Shown: positions 1 to 9,696 of the stretch, piece by piece
Layout: the number at the start of each line of letters is the position of its first letter
Position numbering within the stretch: position 1 is the stretch's first letter
DNA from: an uncultured Bacteroidota bacterium
Lineage (GTDB): Bacteria; Bacteroidota; Bacteroidia; AKYH767-A; OLB10
Assembly (NCBI GenBank): GCA_903847585.1
Contig: CAINEC010000162.1
Coordinates: forward strand, 33,427 to 97,426
Direction of reading: 5' to 3'
DNA length: 64,000 nt
Translations under genes and position numbers: made by a program
The notes under the pieces: model-generated
Seen by the model: the letters and a program-made list of their open reading frames with translations, nothing else
What the model was told of the DNA's origin: nothing
The model's database searches: none

Positions 1-672
1 AGAAGCAGCTAGCCAATCAAAAATACTATCATTATGATAAAAACAAATCATACCTGAAACCATTTCTCCATTCAATTCAGCAACCCACATATAAACTCCA
101 TTAATAGTCCATAAATCAGCTATCATTTCTTTAGAATAAACAGTTTTACTTCCCCATCTTCTGGCTGAATCTTCATATAACTTATAATATTCCTTAAAAT
201 AAAATGAATCTTTCGTGCGGAATACATTTAATTTCCCATATTTTAAATAGCGTTTAATATGCTTTCTTCGCGTTTCGTTAAATTTACCTAATAGTCCTTC
301 TAAATTTGTATCGCACTTGAATATATGACAATACCTTTCTATTAATTTATAATTATTTTTTTTAGCTATAATACTCAAATCTTCTTTACTAAAATTACTC
401 TCTGGTCCGATGTTAATAATTCCAAGACTTAATCCTTTTTTTGTAAATTCAATCAAAACCTTTTCTAATTGACCTAAAGAAATTACAGGGCAATACAAAC
501 CGAAAGGGGAAGAAAAAGTATATAAAAATCCATTTTTTTGAGTCTTAATGTAGGGTACTGAAAATCCATCACAGAGGACACTTTCAAATTCATATCCCGA
601 TACAAACTTAGAGACATAAATAATAAACTCTTCATAATTAAAAACCTCTGTAAAACTAATCTCTTTCACCAT
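1..672 (-). CDS. GNAT/FemAB-like acyltransferase, 3'-truncated by the window edge (not in ORF track)
   Basis: Manual translation from ATG at 672 is open to position 1: MVKEISFTEV...SSPFGLYCPV...FNETRRKHIKR...YYKLYEDSARRWG...MWVAELNGEMVSGMICFY...DWLAAS. This pattern is typical of FemAB/Acetyltransf_6 proteins in polysaccharide loci. Confidence 0.75.
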   Translation of the reverse strand, partial: MVKEISFTEVFNYEEFIIYVSKFVSGYEFESVLCDGFSVPYIKTQKNGFLYTFSSPFGLYCPVISLGQLEKVLIEFTKKGLSLGIINIGPESNFSKEDLSIIAKKNNYKLIERYCHIFKCDTNLEGLLGKFNETRRKHIKRYLKYGKLNVFRTKDSFYFKEYYKLYEDSARRWGSKTVYSKEMIADLWTINGVYMWVAELNGEMVSGMICFYHNDSIFDWLAAS

Positions 673-752
673 ATGAGCTGTCTTTCATTGATATACTAAT
701 TAAGTTAATCATCTGTATTATTTTTTAATTTTAAATAGCATATTAACTAAGA

Positions 753-1544
753 TTATTTAAAAAAATTAAATTTGATCCCTTCCTTTATCCTTATAATATT
801 ATCAATTGTATTTTCTATAGGTGAAGCACTCCAATGACGAGGATGGCTTAACAAATATATTACTTTATATCTTTCTTCAATTGCATTGAATGGATTCGAA
901 GGACGATAAAATAATGGATAATGAGTATCAGATAGAATCACACTAAAACTCTGCAACAAACGATCATCATAACATTCAAATTTTATATTGCATTTCTTCA
1001 TCAACTCACGAGTCATAAATTCATGATTGGGCATTCCTAATTTCCTATTTACAAAATCACCATGAGATGCAACAGATTTAATTTTAAATCCACATTTATT
1101 TTCAATGCGAGAATAATTATCAAAAAAAATATTTTCTATTTCCTGAATACGACTTTTAATTAAAGAAGGATTAGAAATATTATTGTCCTTACAAAATTGC
1201 GATAGCTCTTCATAATGATAGCCCACATCACTACCATAATCATTAATTTCCCTCATCAAATCAAAATCAAGCGTATTGAGTCGGAAATAATAACTTGACT
1301 TAACACCTAACTTCTTTTCGATTTCAAACATTTTTCTAGCTGTGCGAACGTCAGTATCAATATCATGACGGTGCAAAAAACAATATCCCAAATCAACACC
1401 AGCTAATAACTTCTCAAAATAATCAGAAAGCGTAATATGTAAATATCCTTTATCAATAGCCATTTTTAATAGGCGTTCATATTCAAATAATCTTGAAGGC
1501 ATTAAATAGTCTGCATAAAAACGATTAGTTATCTGTTTTATCAT
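753..1544 (-). CDS. polysaccharide deacetylase-like (NodB/CE4-like) protein
   Basis: Motifs RHDIDTD, SSYYFRL, GYHYE, SHGD and LSHPRHW. Start placed at 1544 because of an ATGA overlap with the upstream stop. Confidence 0.65.
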   Translation of the reverse strand: MIKQITNRFYADYLMPSRLFEYERLLKMAIDKGYLHITLSDYFEKLLAGVDLGYCFLHRHDIDTDVRTARKMFEIEKKLGVKSSYYFRLNTLDFDLMREINDYGSDVGYHYEELSQFCKDNNISNPSLIKSRIQEIENIFFDNYSRIENKCGFKIKSVASHGDFVNRKLGMPNHEFMTRELMKKCNIKFECYDDRLLQSFSVILSDTHYPLFYRPSNPFNAIEERYKVIYLLSHPRHWSASPIENTIDNIIRIKEGIKFNFFK

Positions 1545-2221
1545 AGCATCCATTTTACGCGGTAAGGTTTGAAACCACAACGGGTTTTAAACATTTTTAA
1601 TCCATCACTTGCACCAAAAAATGTATCGTACATCACAAAATGAGTTTTACTTTTAGCACTTAACTCATATTCAATATACGATAAAATCATAAAATACATT
1701 ATACCATCTTTCAAAAAATCATGATGACCAAGCAATCTATTTAAAATAGCTAACTCACCAGATTTAACTACCCATAAATAGGAAACAAGAATATCCTCTT
1801 TGTAAACACCGAAATACAAATTATTCTCGTTAACAGGATAAATACTAAGATTCTTATATGACTTATCCATTTCTTTTCCTTGTCGAAATGCTACCGAATT
1901 GTTTATCTCAAAAACCTCGTTAGTTAATTTATTAATATCAATAGATTTAAAAACATATCCAGCTTTAACAGCTTTCCTTGAAAAATATGCAGCAGAATTT
2001 TTTCCGTTAACGGACTTAATGTAATCTTCAGCATGATTAAAATCCTTCAATTTTATTAATGCAATACCAATAGATTTTTGTTTAATAAATAAATATCGAG
2101 AATGAATTTTATTAAAAGAACTGTGTATTCGACGCCCCTCCATGGAATTATCCAATGTTATCTTTAACAAAGGTAACTTAACGATTTTGTAAATTAATTT
2201 GAAATATTTGTTAATTTCCAT
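1541..2221 (-). CDS. GNAT-like hypothetical protein of the polysaccharide locus
   Basis: C-terminal GNAT-like pattern (YFGVYKEDILVSYLW...LLGHHDFLKDGIMYFM...GLKMFKTRCGF). Likely ATG at 2221. Confidence 0.55.
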   Translation of the reverse strand: MEINKYFKLIYKIVKLPLLKITLDNSMEGRRIHSSFNKIHSRYLFIKQKSIGIALIKLKDFNHAEDYIKSVNGKNSAAYFSRKAVKAGYVFKSIDINKLTNEVFEINNSVAFRQGKEMDKSYKNLSIYPVNENNLYFGVYKEDILVSYLWVVKSGELAILNRLLGHHDFLKDGIMYFMILSYIEYELSAKSKTHFVMYDTFFGASDGLKMFKTRCGFKPYRVKWML

Positions 2222-3497
2222 AATCAATATTTGAATTACTAACAGCAATTGAATAATACCAAAAAATAGCTGTTATCATCAATGAACTGCACGAAAAAGA
2301 AATAATTTTAAATGACAACAAATAATCATTCTTCAAACCACCTAGTATAAGTGCAAATAATCGTACAGATGAATCTAAAATAGTAAATATAAAACCCTGA
2401 AACTGCTTATTACAAACTAAGGTAATTGACGAAACTGGCGATACGATAAAATTTAAAAAAAGCCATGGAGTCAAAATACTCGCAATAACACCTGCTTCAT
2501 ACCACTTAGCACCAAAAAGCAATGAAAACAATTCTGGACTATAAAAATACAAAATCGCAAATCCTGGTAATCCAAGAATAAACATTCTTAAAAACATGTT
2601 TTTTACTAATGGTCTTAAATCACTTCCTTCATTTTTGGCATGCGACAATTTTTGATAAAATACTTGGTAAAAAGCGGATCCTATCAAACCTACGGGAGCC
2701 TTTAAAATTCTAAATGCAAATGAATACCACCCTGTAACAGCAGGTATAAAATAATAGCTCATTAAATAAACAACACCATTGTCTTGTAATGAATCTAGTA
2801 AAGCATGAGGACTATTAATTTTAATAAATGAAATATGCTTTTTAAATTGTTCTTTAATGCCTTTGAAATTTACATCTTGAAAAAGATTTTTATTTCCCCT
2901 CCAGTAAGGCGAAGAAATCACAATAGTTGCTACAATTTGACCAATAAAAAAACCCAAGATTAATCCTTTGGGGCCGAAATGATAATATCCGAACGTAACA
3001 CTTGTAATAGAGGTAAAAACTGCTAATGCAATTCTTCCGTATGAATTTAATTTATACGTTTTCATACGAGTAGACCAAAAATTAAATGCATTATAAACCC
3101 CTGTAGAAAAAACAATAAGTGGAATTAAATAATACCAAACAATGTATTGTCCAATGTTATTCCTGATTGCGTAGATATGATATAAAAACACAAAAATCAG
3201 AGCGCATACCGAAACGATAAAACTTATTAAAATTGAAAGGGCTAAAACAGATTTAGCATCATCATCCTTTTTTTCTAAAGGAATAGCTAATTCATATCGT
3301 GCAGTTGCAATTACAGAAATTATCGCTACTGTAGAGGTAAATAATGCAAAAACAGAGAAGTCTGTTGGATCATAAAATCGAGATAATGCAGGAGCAGCTA
3401 ATATTGAAATTAACTGCGCTATAGTTGTACCAGTTACTAATGTTAGTACATTTTTTGCAAATTCTGTTTTAAAATGCCTCTTGATCAAAATTATCAT
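2211..3497 (-). CDS. wzx: O-antigen/polysaccharide flippase (Wzx)
   Basis: 428-aa polytopic membrane protein with N-terminal KNVLTLVTGTTIAQLI...P.LSRFY.P.DF and TARYELAIPL motifs. Confidence 0.85.
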   Translation of the reverse strand: MIILIKRHFKTEFAKNVLTLVTGTTIAQLISILAAPALSRFYDPTDFSVFALFTSTVAIISVIATARYELAIPLEKKDDDAKSVLALSILISFIVSVCALIFVFLYHIYAIRNNIGQYIVWYYLIPLIVFSTGVYNAFNFWSTRMKTYKLNSYGRIALAVFTSITSVTFGYYHFGPKGLILGFFIGQIVATIVISSPYWRGNKNLFQDVNFKGIKEQFKKHISFIKINSPHALLDSLQDNGVVYLMSYYFIPAVTGWYSFAFRILKAPVGLIGSAFYQVFYQKLSHAKNEGSDLRPLVKNMFLRMFILGLPGFAILYFYSPELFSLLFGAKWYEAGVIASILTPWLFLNFIVSPVSSITLVCNKQFQGFIFTILDSSVRLFALILGGLKNDYLLSFKIISFSCSSLMITAIFWYYSIAVSNSNIDYGN

Positions 3498-3563
3498 TCA
3501 TTAAATTAAATACCGAAATCAATACCAATTACGATATAGTTAATTAATAATTGATTTATGAAA

Positions 3564-5123
3564 TTACTTAGCATAATTCACTGCTCTCGTCTCACGAATA
3601 ACAGTCACCTTTACCTGACCAGGATACGTCATTTCCGTTTGAATGCGGTTAGCGATATCAAATGATAATTGCTCTGTTGCTTTATCATCTAACTTCTCAC
3701 TTTCTACAATCACACGTAACTCACGACCAGCTTGAATAGCAAATGCTTTTTCAACTCCTTTATATCCTTGAGCAAGATTTTCCATTTCTTTTAATCGCTT
3801 CATGTATTGCTCAACGATTTCACGACGAGCACCTGGACGAGCACCACTGATAGCATCACAAACCTGAACGATAGGAGAGATCATACTTGTCATTTCGATC
3901 TCATCATGATGGGCTCCAATCGCATTGATAACTTCCGCGTTTTCCTTGCTGCGTTCAGCCATCTTCATACCTGCAATAGCATGTGGAAGCTCTGTATCTT
4001 CTTCAGCAACTTTACCAATATCGTGTAATAAACCTGCTCGCTTAGCTAACTTCACATTCAAGCCTAATTCAGCAGCCATTAATGCACAAAGGTTCGCTAC
4101 TTCGCGAGAGTGTTGTAATAAATTTTGTCCGTAAGATGAACGATATTTCATTCTACCTACCATACGAATTAACTCTGGTGCTAATCCGTGAATTCCTAAA
4201 TCGATAGCAGTACGCTTACCGATCTCAATAATTTCTTCGTCTAACTGACGACGAACTTTCGCCACTACCTCTTCAATTCTCGCAGGGTGAATACGTCCGT
4301 CAGATACTAACTGATGCAACGCTAAACGCGCTAACTCTCTTCTTACCGGATCAAAACCAGAAAGGATAATTGCTTCTGGAGTATCATCCACAATAATTTC
4401 AATTCCTGTTGCTGCTTCTAATGCACGAATATTTCTTCCTTCACGTCCGATTACACGGCCTTTTACTTCATCATTATCAATATGGAAAACAGTCACCGCG
4501 TTTTCAATTGCATGCTCTGTAGCCACACGTTGAATCGTTTGAATAACGATGCGCTTCGCTTCTTTATTAGCAGTTAATTTAGCTTCGTCGATAGAGTCCT
4601 TAATAAACGACATTGCTTCTGTTTTAGCTTCAGCTTTTAAGGCTTCTACTAATTGTGCTTTTGCATCTTCTGCTGATAGTCCTGCAATTTTCTCTAATGC
4701 ATGAACCTGCTTTTGATGTGCTTTCTCTAACTCTTCCTTACGGCGATTGATGACTTCTAACTGAGCATTTAAGTTTGTTTGAATCGTTTCAACTTCCGTT
4801 TGCTTTCTCTTGTTTTGCTCTAATTGCTGATTAAGCGTTGTTTCTTTTTGTTTGATTCTGTTTTCAGCAGCTAAGATGGCTTTATCTTTTTCCGTGATAT
4901 GCTTCTCATGCTCTGTCTTCATTTGATAAAAGCGATCTTTCGCTTCCATCGTTTTATCTTTCAGATACAATTCGCCTTTCGCCTGTGCTTCTTTAATAAT
5001 TGCTTGTGCTTTTTCTTCTGCAGCAGCAACAATTCCGTTGTTGTTTTTTCTGGTAACTATAAATGTTAATACTCCGCCTACTGCAAGTCCCGCAAGTGCG
5101 AGTATGATAGAAATTGGTTCCAT
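3564..5123 (-). CDS. rny: ribonuclease Y
   Basis: N-terminal TM anchor, coiled coil, KH domain ([16 protein letters not shown]) and HD domain (LLHDIGK). Confidence 0.97.
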   Translation of the reverse strand: MEPISIILALAGLAVGGVLTFIVTRKNNNGIVAAAEEKAQAIIKEAQAKGELYLKDKTMEAKDRFYQMKTEHEKHITEKDKAILAAENRIKQKETTLNQQLEQNKRKQTEVETIQTNLNAQLEVINRRKEELEKAHQKQVHALEKIAGLSAEDAKAQLVEALKAEAKTEAMSFIKDSIDEAKLTANKEAKRIVIQTIQRVATEHAIENAVTVFHIDNDEVKGRVIGREGRNIRALEAATGIEIIVDDTPEAIILSGFDPVRRELARLALHQLVSDGRIHPARIEEVVAKVRRQLDEEIIEIGKRTAIDLGIHGLAPELIRMVGRMKYRSSYGQNLLQHSREVANLCALMAAELGLNVKLAKRAGLLHDIGKVAEEDTELPHAIAGMKMAERSKENAEVINAIGAHHDEIEMTSMISPIVQVCDAISGARPGARREIVEQYMKRLKEMENLAQGYKGVEKAFAIQAGRELRVIVESEKLDDKATEQLSFDIANRIQTEMTYPGQVKVTVIRETRAVNYAK

Positions 5124-5182
5124 AATTTAATTTTTGTTTGTTTATATAGTGATTTGTCATGCGACAATAATTGCTTTTTTAT

Positions 5183-5349
5183 CGAAGCTCCGCATCCACC
5201 CTGGGAGAATTAAAACCCATTAGATAGGGTCGGAGTACACCCCATTGATTCATGCTTTCCTTGCGGACATGCAATCGGCAACGCAAAATGCCTCCTAAGT
5301 GTTTGAATGTTGATTTTAATCTGCGACCAGAATGGTATGCGGATCTTCT
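5183..5349 (-). ncRNA. ssrS: 6S RNA
   Basis: Lies between zapA and rny, a known 6S context. On the minus strand the 5' end GAAGAUCCGCAUACCAUUCUGG pairs with the 3' end CCAGGGUGGAUGCGGAGCUUC, and there is an A/C-rich central-bubble strand AAAAUCAACAUUCAAACAC. Ends approximate. Confidence 0.85.
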
Positions 5350-5394
5350 TACTATTTTTTATCCCTTTTCGGGTGATGATCAAAGAACGAAGAA

Positions 5395-5694
5395 CTATTG
5401 ATTATCAGGCCCGAAAGCAGTCACCAATTCAGAAAGCTTGGTCAGCTCACTCGCCAACTCTTGTTCTTTCTTATCTCTATTGTTGTTGGCAGTAATAATA
5501 TCTGCTGCCTGTTGTAACGCACACATCGCCAAAATATCCTGAGGCTCCTTTAAATTGAAAGACGATTGATAGGTTTTAAGTTGCTCAGCAACCTTCGCAG
5601 CTGCTTTTTGCAAGATTTCAACCTGATCCTCTTTCACCTTGAGAGGGTAGGACTTATTGGCAATTTGTACCTGTATAGAGACGGTTTTGCTCAC
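5395..5694 (-). CDS. zapA: cell division protein ZapA
   Basis: I.V.IANKSYPLKV...LQKAA...QDILAMCALQ pattern, GTG start, upstream of 6S RNA and rny. Confidence 0.9.
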   Translation of the reverse strand: MSKTVSIQVQIANKSYPLKVKEDQVEILQKAAAKVAEQLKTYQSSFNLKEPQDILAMCALQQAADIITANNNRDKKEQELASELTKLSELVTAFGPDNQ

Positions 5695-5697
5695 CTT

Positions 5698-5994
5698 TTA
5701 ATCTTTGTTCAACAACGACAAACAACGGTCGATTTCGCGTAAGTAGTTGTTAATTTGAATTTTAAGCTCTCGGGTTTCCGTTTTCTCCGGTACCGCTAAA
5801 GCCTGTGCTAATTTAATTGTTTTCAACTGTTCTTTTAGTGCCTCACACTCATTAATTGCAACTTCTTTTTCAACCTGCAACTGTTCATTTTGTGATGCCA
5901 GTTTTGAATTCTCTTTCTGTAATTTATGATGCTGCTCCACCGCCAATTTTATTTGCGATTTCAACTTTTGTATTTGATCCATTACAGAATTCAT
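5698..5994 (-). CDS. ZapB-like coiled-coil protein
   Basis: Heptad-rich 98 aa ending INNYLREIDRCLSLLN, directly upstream of zapA. TACATTTG -7 element on the minus strand at 6020-6027. Confidence 0.7.
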   Translation of the reverse strand: MNSVMDQIQKLKSQIKLAVEQHHKLQKENSKLASQNEQLQVEKEVAINECEALKEQLKTIKLAQALAVPEKTETRELKIQINNYLREIDRCLSLLNKD

Positions 5995-6104
5995 AAATCA
6001 GTGATTTTGAACAATGAAACAAATGTAATTGAATATATGGTTTTAACCAAAAAATTGCGTTTATTTATAGGAAGTGGAAATATTATTCTATTTTCATAGC
6101 CCGT

Positions 6105-7766
6105 ATGATGCTTCGAAATAACTTCTTTTATTCATTGGTCTGCCTCTTTTTAGGGATTACTTTTTCTTCATTAGGACAAAATAACAAGCCCGATTTTAGA
6201 TCGCCGGTGGATATTCCGATTTCACTGGCAGGCAATTTTTGTGAAATCAGACCCAATCATTTTCATTCGGGTATCGATATCCGAACAAACGGAAAGGAAG
6301 GCTTGCCCATCTTCGCAATTGGTGATGGATATGTTTCAAGAATCAAGGTGAGTCCAACAGGATTTGGAAGAGTCGTTTATATCAACCATCCCGAAGGATA
6401 TACCTCCGTTTATGCCCATTTATCTTCTTTCAATTCTCCGTTGGATGCTTTTGTTGACTCCATTCAAAAGGCCAACGAATCATACGATATGGAAGAATTT
6501 CCCGATGCTAAAAGATTCAAAGTCAAAAAAGGGGATTGCATAGGATTCAGCGGTAACTCTGGTTCGAGTTCATCGCCACATCTACATTTCGAAATTCGTG
6601 ATTTGAATTCGGAAGAGCCATTGAATCCGCTGGCATTTTTAAATTATGAAGATTCTATTGCACCAGTTATTGAACGGATTAGAATAGTCCATATCAATTT
6701 AGATAAAGTTTATCAACCAATAACTGATATCTCAACTTCAGATTATTTAATAACTGTAATCACTGGCATTGATTATGGGGATTATTATTTTGAATTAAAA
6801 GGAAGTGACAATAGTGGAGATTCGTATATGAACTTTTATTCCATTAACGTAATGACAAATAAAGGCGATACACTATTTGATTGTAAGTTCGACCGATTTA
6901 ATTTCGACGAAACAAGAATGGTAAATTCATTTATTAATTACTCTTCATTAGTAAACGATAAAGAAGAATGGCAAAGACTTTACAAGCTACCCTCCAACAC
7001 AGCTACACTATTTAAAAACTGTATTTCGAAACCACTTACCATTTCGGATGATAATGATACAATATATTTTAAAGTTACTGACTATAGTGGCAATTCAACA
7101 GTTGAACAAGTCATACTATACGGATTTAAACAAGAAGAAATAATAGGAGATTATAAAGAATCAATTTGCAGATATTACAATGAAAGTTTTACCATTCCTT
7201 TTAAATATGGATTCATGAATATCCCTGCTAGTGGAATAGATCAATCACTTTGTTACGAGTTAACCGATTACGATACGCTTCCGGATTCAACAACCTTTTT
7301 AATTGGTGATCCGTCTGTCCCTTTAATCAAGAATGCAACGGTGGTGATTCAAAAAAAACTGGGCACTAACTTTTGGCTTTGCGAACGAAATTGGAAGAAT
7401 GAATTGACCGGAACCTCCTTCAAGTTAGACAGTGCGAAATACGGTTATCAAACAAGCATTAAAAAAATGGGATGGTACTCGGTAGAATGCGATAGTGTAG
7501 CACCACAACTCATAAAAGTAATATCAGAAAAAGACCCTATCATCAAGGAACAGAAAAACATATTATTAAAAATCAGCGATGATATTTCAGGAGTTAAAAA
7601 AGCCAATGTATTCATTAATGGAAATTTCCTTCCATGCGAATTTGATTTGAAACGTAGCAGCGTTGTGATTAAAGGAAGTCAACTCAAAAAAGGTGATATC
7701 ATCCAATTAAAATTAATCGACTATCAAGGAAATACTAATTTAATAGAAAATGTCGATTGGAATTGA
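6105..7766 (+). CDS. M23 family metallopeptidase (exported)
   Basis: Signal peptide and motifs HFHSGIDI, YAHL, GNSGSSSSPHLHFE. Confidence 0.9.
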   Translation: MMLRNNFFYSLVCLFLGITFSSLGQNNKPDFRSPVDIPISLAGNFCEIRPNHFHSGIDIRTNGKEGLPIFAIGDGYVSRIKVSPTGFGRVVYINHPEGYTSVYAHLSSFNSPLDAFVDSIQKANESYDMEEFPDAKRFKVKKGDCIGFSGNSGSSSSPHLHFEIRDLNSEEPLNPLAFLNYEDSIAPVIERIRIVHINLDKVYQPITDISTSDYLITVITGIDYGDYYFELKGSDNSGDSYMNFYSINVMTNKGDTLFDCKFDRFNFDETRMVNSFINYSSLVNDKEEWQRLYKLPSNTATLFKNCISKPLTISDDNDTIYFKVTDYSGNSTVEQVILYGFKQEEIIGDYKESICRYYNESFTIPFKYGFMNIPASGIDQSLCYELTDYDTLPDSTTFLIGDPSVPLIKNATVVIQKKLGTNFWLCERNWKNELTGTSFKLDSAKYGYQTSIKKMGWYSVECDSVAPQLIKVISEKDPIIKEQKNILLKISDDISGVKKANVFINGNFLPCEFDLKRSSVVIKGSQLKKGDIIQLKLIDYQGNTNLIENVDWN

Positions 7767-7829
7767 TAAGGGTCATTCGCTTACTATGATGTAAGTCATT
7801 TTAAAATGTTATTCGTCGCTGTACTTTTG
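7764..7829 (+). promoter_or_regulatory. tandem FNR-like boxes plus -7 promoter element driving a short transcript
   Basis: TGATAAGGGTCA (7764-7775), TGATGTAAGTCA (7787-7798), 23-nt gap, TACTTTTG (7822-7829). Confidence 0.8.
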
Positions 7830-7834
7830 ATTTC

Positions 7835-7921
7835 GAGATGGAGACATCCCAACGTACTAGAATAATAGTACCATAGTTTACTGGTTTGGTTAGAGCTGTC
7901 GAAGGACAGCTCTACTTTTTT
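7835..7921 (+). ncRNA. candidate small RNA (or 12-aa peptide mRNA) under Crp/Fnr-type control
   Basis: Has its own promoter upstream. Hairpins GATG-GAGA-CATC and GTACTA-GAATAA-TAGTAC, a single-stranded UGGUUUGGU linker and a perfect 10-bp terminator. The next gene has a separate -7-like element (TACATTCG, 7925-7932). Confidence 0.65.
7891..7921 (+). terminator. intrinsic terminator
   Basis: TAGAGCTGTC-GAAG-GACAGCTCTA followed by CTTTTTT. Confidence 0.9.
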
Positions 7922-7942
7922 CCGTACATTCGCAATAGAATT

Positions 7943-8665
7943 ATGCTTGTTTTATTTTACTTTTTAGCGTTAGTGGCAGAGGTTGTTGGAACGATAGGTG
8001 GGTTTGGCTCCTCGATTTTTTTCGTACCTATTGCTTCTTTCTTTTTTGAACCGAAACTAGTATTAGGCATCACTGCATTTTTTCATGTGTTTAGTAATAT
8101 TTCAAAACTCATTTTGTTTGGCAAGCATATCAAAATGAAAATCGCCATCAAGTTTATTATTCCGAGTGTGATTGGAGTTATCATTGGAGCATTATTAATC
8201 GCTAATCAGTCGGGAGAACTATTTTCATTAGCCATCGGAATCTTCCTCATTCTATTTGCGCTATACTTTTTGATATTCCCTTCTCAAGCAATTGAAGCCT
8301 CTAATAAAAACATAATAATAGGAGGGAGCAGCGCAGGATTTTTAGCCGGATTTCTTGGAACAGGCGGAGTCATTCGTGGAGCAGCAATGGCAGCTTTTAA
8401 TCTCGAAAAGAATTGCTTTGTTGCTACCTCTGCATTTATCGATTTATTCGTTGATATTAGTCGTTCTGCAATCTACTATCAAAATGAATTTATCGCTCGT
8501 GATAAATTGTATTATATCCTTCCGTTGATTTTAATATCATTTGCTGGAAGCTATATTGGGAAATTAATTCTTGAAAAATTAAACCAAGATAAGTTCAGAA
8601 GAATAGTTTTAATTTTAATTTCGATAATGGGAACGGTATCGGTAATTCGATTTATATGCCAGTAA
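7943..8665 (+). CDS. sulfite exporter TauE/SafE family membrane protein
   Basis: GTIGGFGSSIFFVP and GFLAGFLGTGGVIRG repeats, about 8 TM segments. ATG at 7943 preferred because the longer ORF would start inside a terminator. Confidence 0.85.
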   Translation: MLVLFYFLALVAEVVGTIGGFGSSIFFVPIASFFFEPKLVLGITAFFHVFSNISKLILFGKHIKMKIAIKFIIPSVIGVIIGALLIANQSGELFSLAIGIFLILFALYFLIFPSQAIEASNKNIIIGGSSAGFLAGFLGTGGVIRGAAMAAFNLEKNCFVATSAFIDLFVDISRSAIYYQNEFIARDKLYYILPLILISFAGSYIGKLILEKLNQDKFRRIVLILISIMGTVSVIRFICQ

Positions 8666-9654
8666 AGGATAAAAATTTCAGGACAAAAGTAAATGCCATT
8701 TCTGTGGTGCTGGCACTTTCTGTTTTGATCATGCTCATCAAATTCGTTGCATATTACGTTACGAAATCGAATGCATTATTATCAGATGCCCTTGAATCGT
8801 TTATCAATATTGCCACCAGCTCTTTTACGCTTTACAGTATTTATTATTCTGCAAAATTAAAAGACCATGATCATCCTTACGGACATGGAAAAATTGAATA
8901 CCTCGCTGTAGGATTTGAAGGTGCCTTGATTTTAGGAACGGGCGTTTACATTTTATATGAAGCCTTTAATCATTTCATCCATCCAGAGCCTTTGCAAAAT
9001 GTAGATCTAGGAATTATGATTACTGCATCCACTGGACTATTCATGTATTTCATTGGATCGTTTCTTAAAAAGAAAGGGCGCGAGCTTGATTCCATTACAC
9101 TCGTTGCAGATGGAGAACATTTTCACTTGGATACGATAACCAGCATCGCACTAATTGTTGGATTAGTTTTATATCACTTAACTAAGTTACCATGGATTGA
9201 TCCATTGCTGGCTGCTTTATTAGCTGTACATATTATGATGAGTGGTTACAAGCTAACAAAAGAATCCATTGATCGTTTATTGGATAAAGCCGATTTCGAT
9301 ACGATACAAAATGTAGTAAACTCGTTAAATAAAAATCGTAAAGCAACTTGGATAGACATTCATAATTTACGAATGCAGCGATTCGGGAATATTATTCATA
9401 TCGATTGTCATCTGACGCTTCCATTTTATTACGCACTCGATCAAGTGCACAATGAAATTAAAAATTTAGAAGCTGATATCAATAAAGACTTCAATCAAGA
9501 AGTTGAATTTTTTGTTCATACAGATCCTTGTAATGAAGAATTCCCTTGCAAGCTATGTAATGTAGAAGAATGTGCTTTTCGAAAGTTCGAACACCTTCAA
9601 ACAGTTGATTGGGATATTAAAAATCTAATGGCTAATAAAAAGCATCAGCTGTAA
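8656..9654 (+). CDS. cation diffusion facilitator (CDF) transporter
   Basis: SNALLSDALES, DHDHPYGHGKIEY and ADGEHFHLD motifs, plus a C-terminal dimerisation domain with a Cys-rich tail. Confidence 0.92.
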   Translation: MPVKDKNFRTKVNAISVVLALSVLIMLIKFVAYYVTKSNALLSDALESFINIATSSFTLYSIYYSAKLKDHDHPYGHGKIEYLAVGFEGALILGTGVYILYEAFNHFIHPEPLQNVDLGIMITASTGLFMYFIGSFLKKKGRELDSITLVADGEHFHLDTITSIALIVGLVLYHLTKLPWIDPLLAALLAVHIMMSGYKLTKESIDRLLDKADFDTIQNVVNSLNKNRKATWIDIHNLRMQRFGNIIHIDCHLTLPFYYALDQVHNEIKNLEADINKDFNQEVEFFVHTDPCNEEFPCKLCNVEECAFRKFEHLQTVDWDIKNLMANKKHQL

Positions 9655-9696
9655 AATTTTTATTTGTATTAATATAAAATTAATTATTTTAGTCGA

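Noticed and set aside
5307-5495. 62-aa plus-strand ORF
   Set aside because: Antisense to zapA and the 6S RNA, with no recognisable protein features.
7886-7942. N-terminal extension of the TauE ORF in the track (TTG start)
   Set aside because: It runs through the terminator hairpin and a downstream -7-like element. ATG 7943 is the plausible start.
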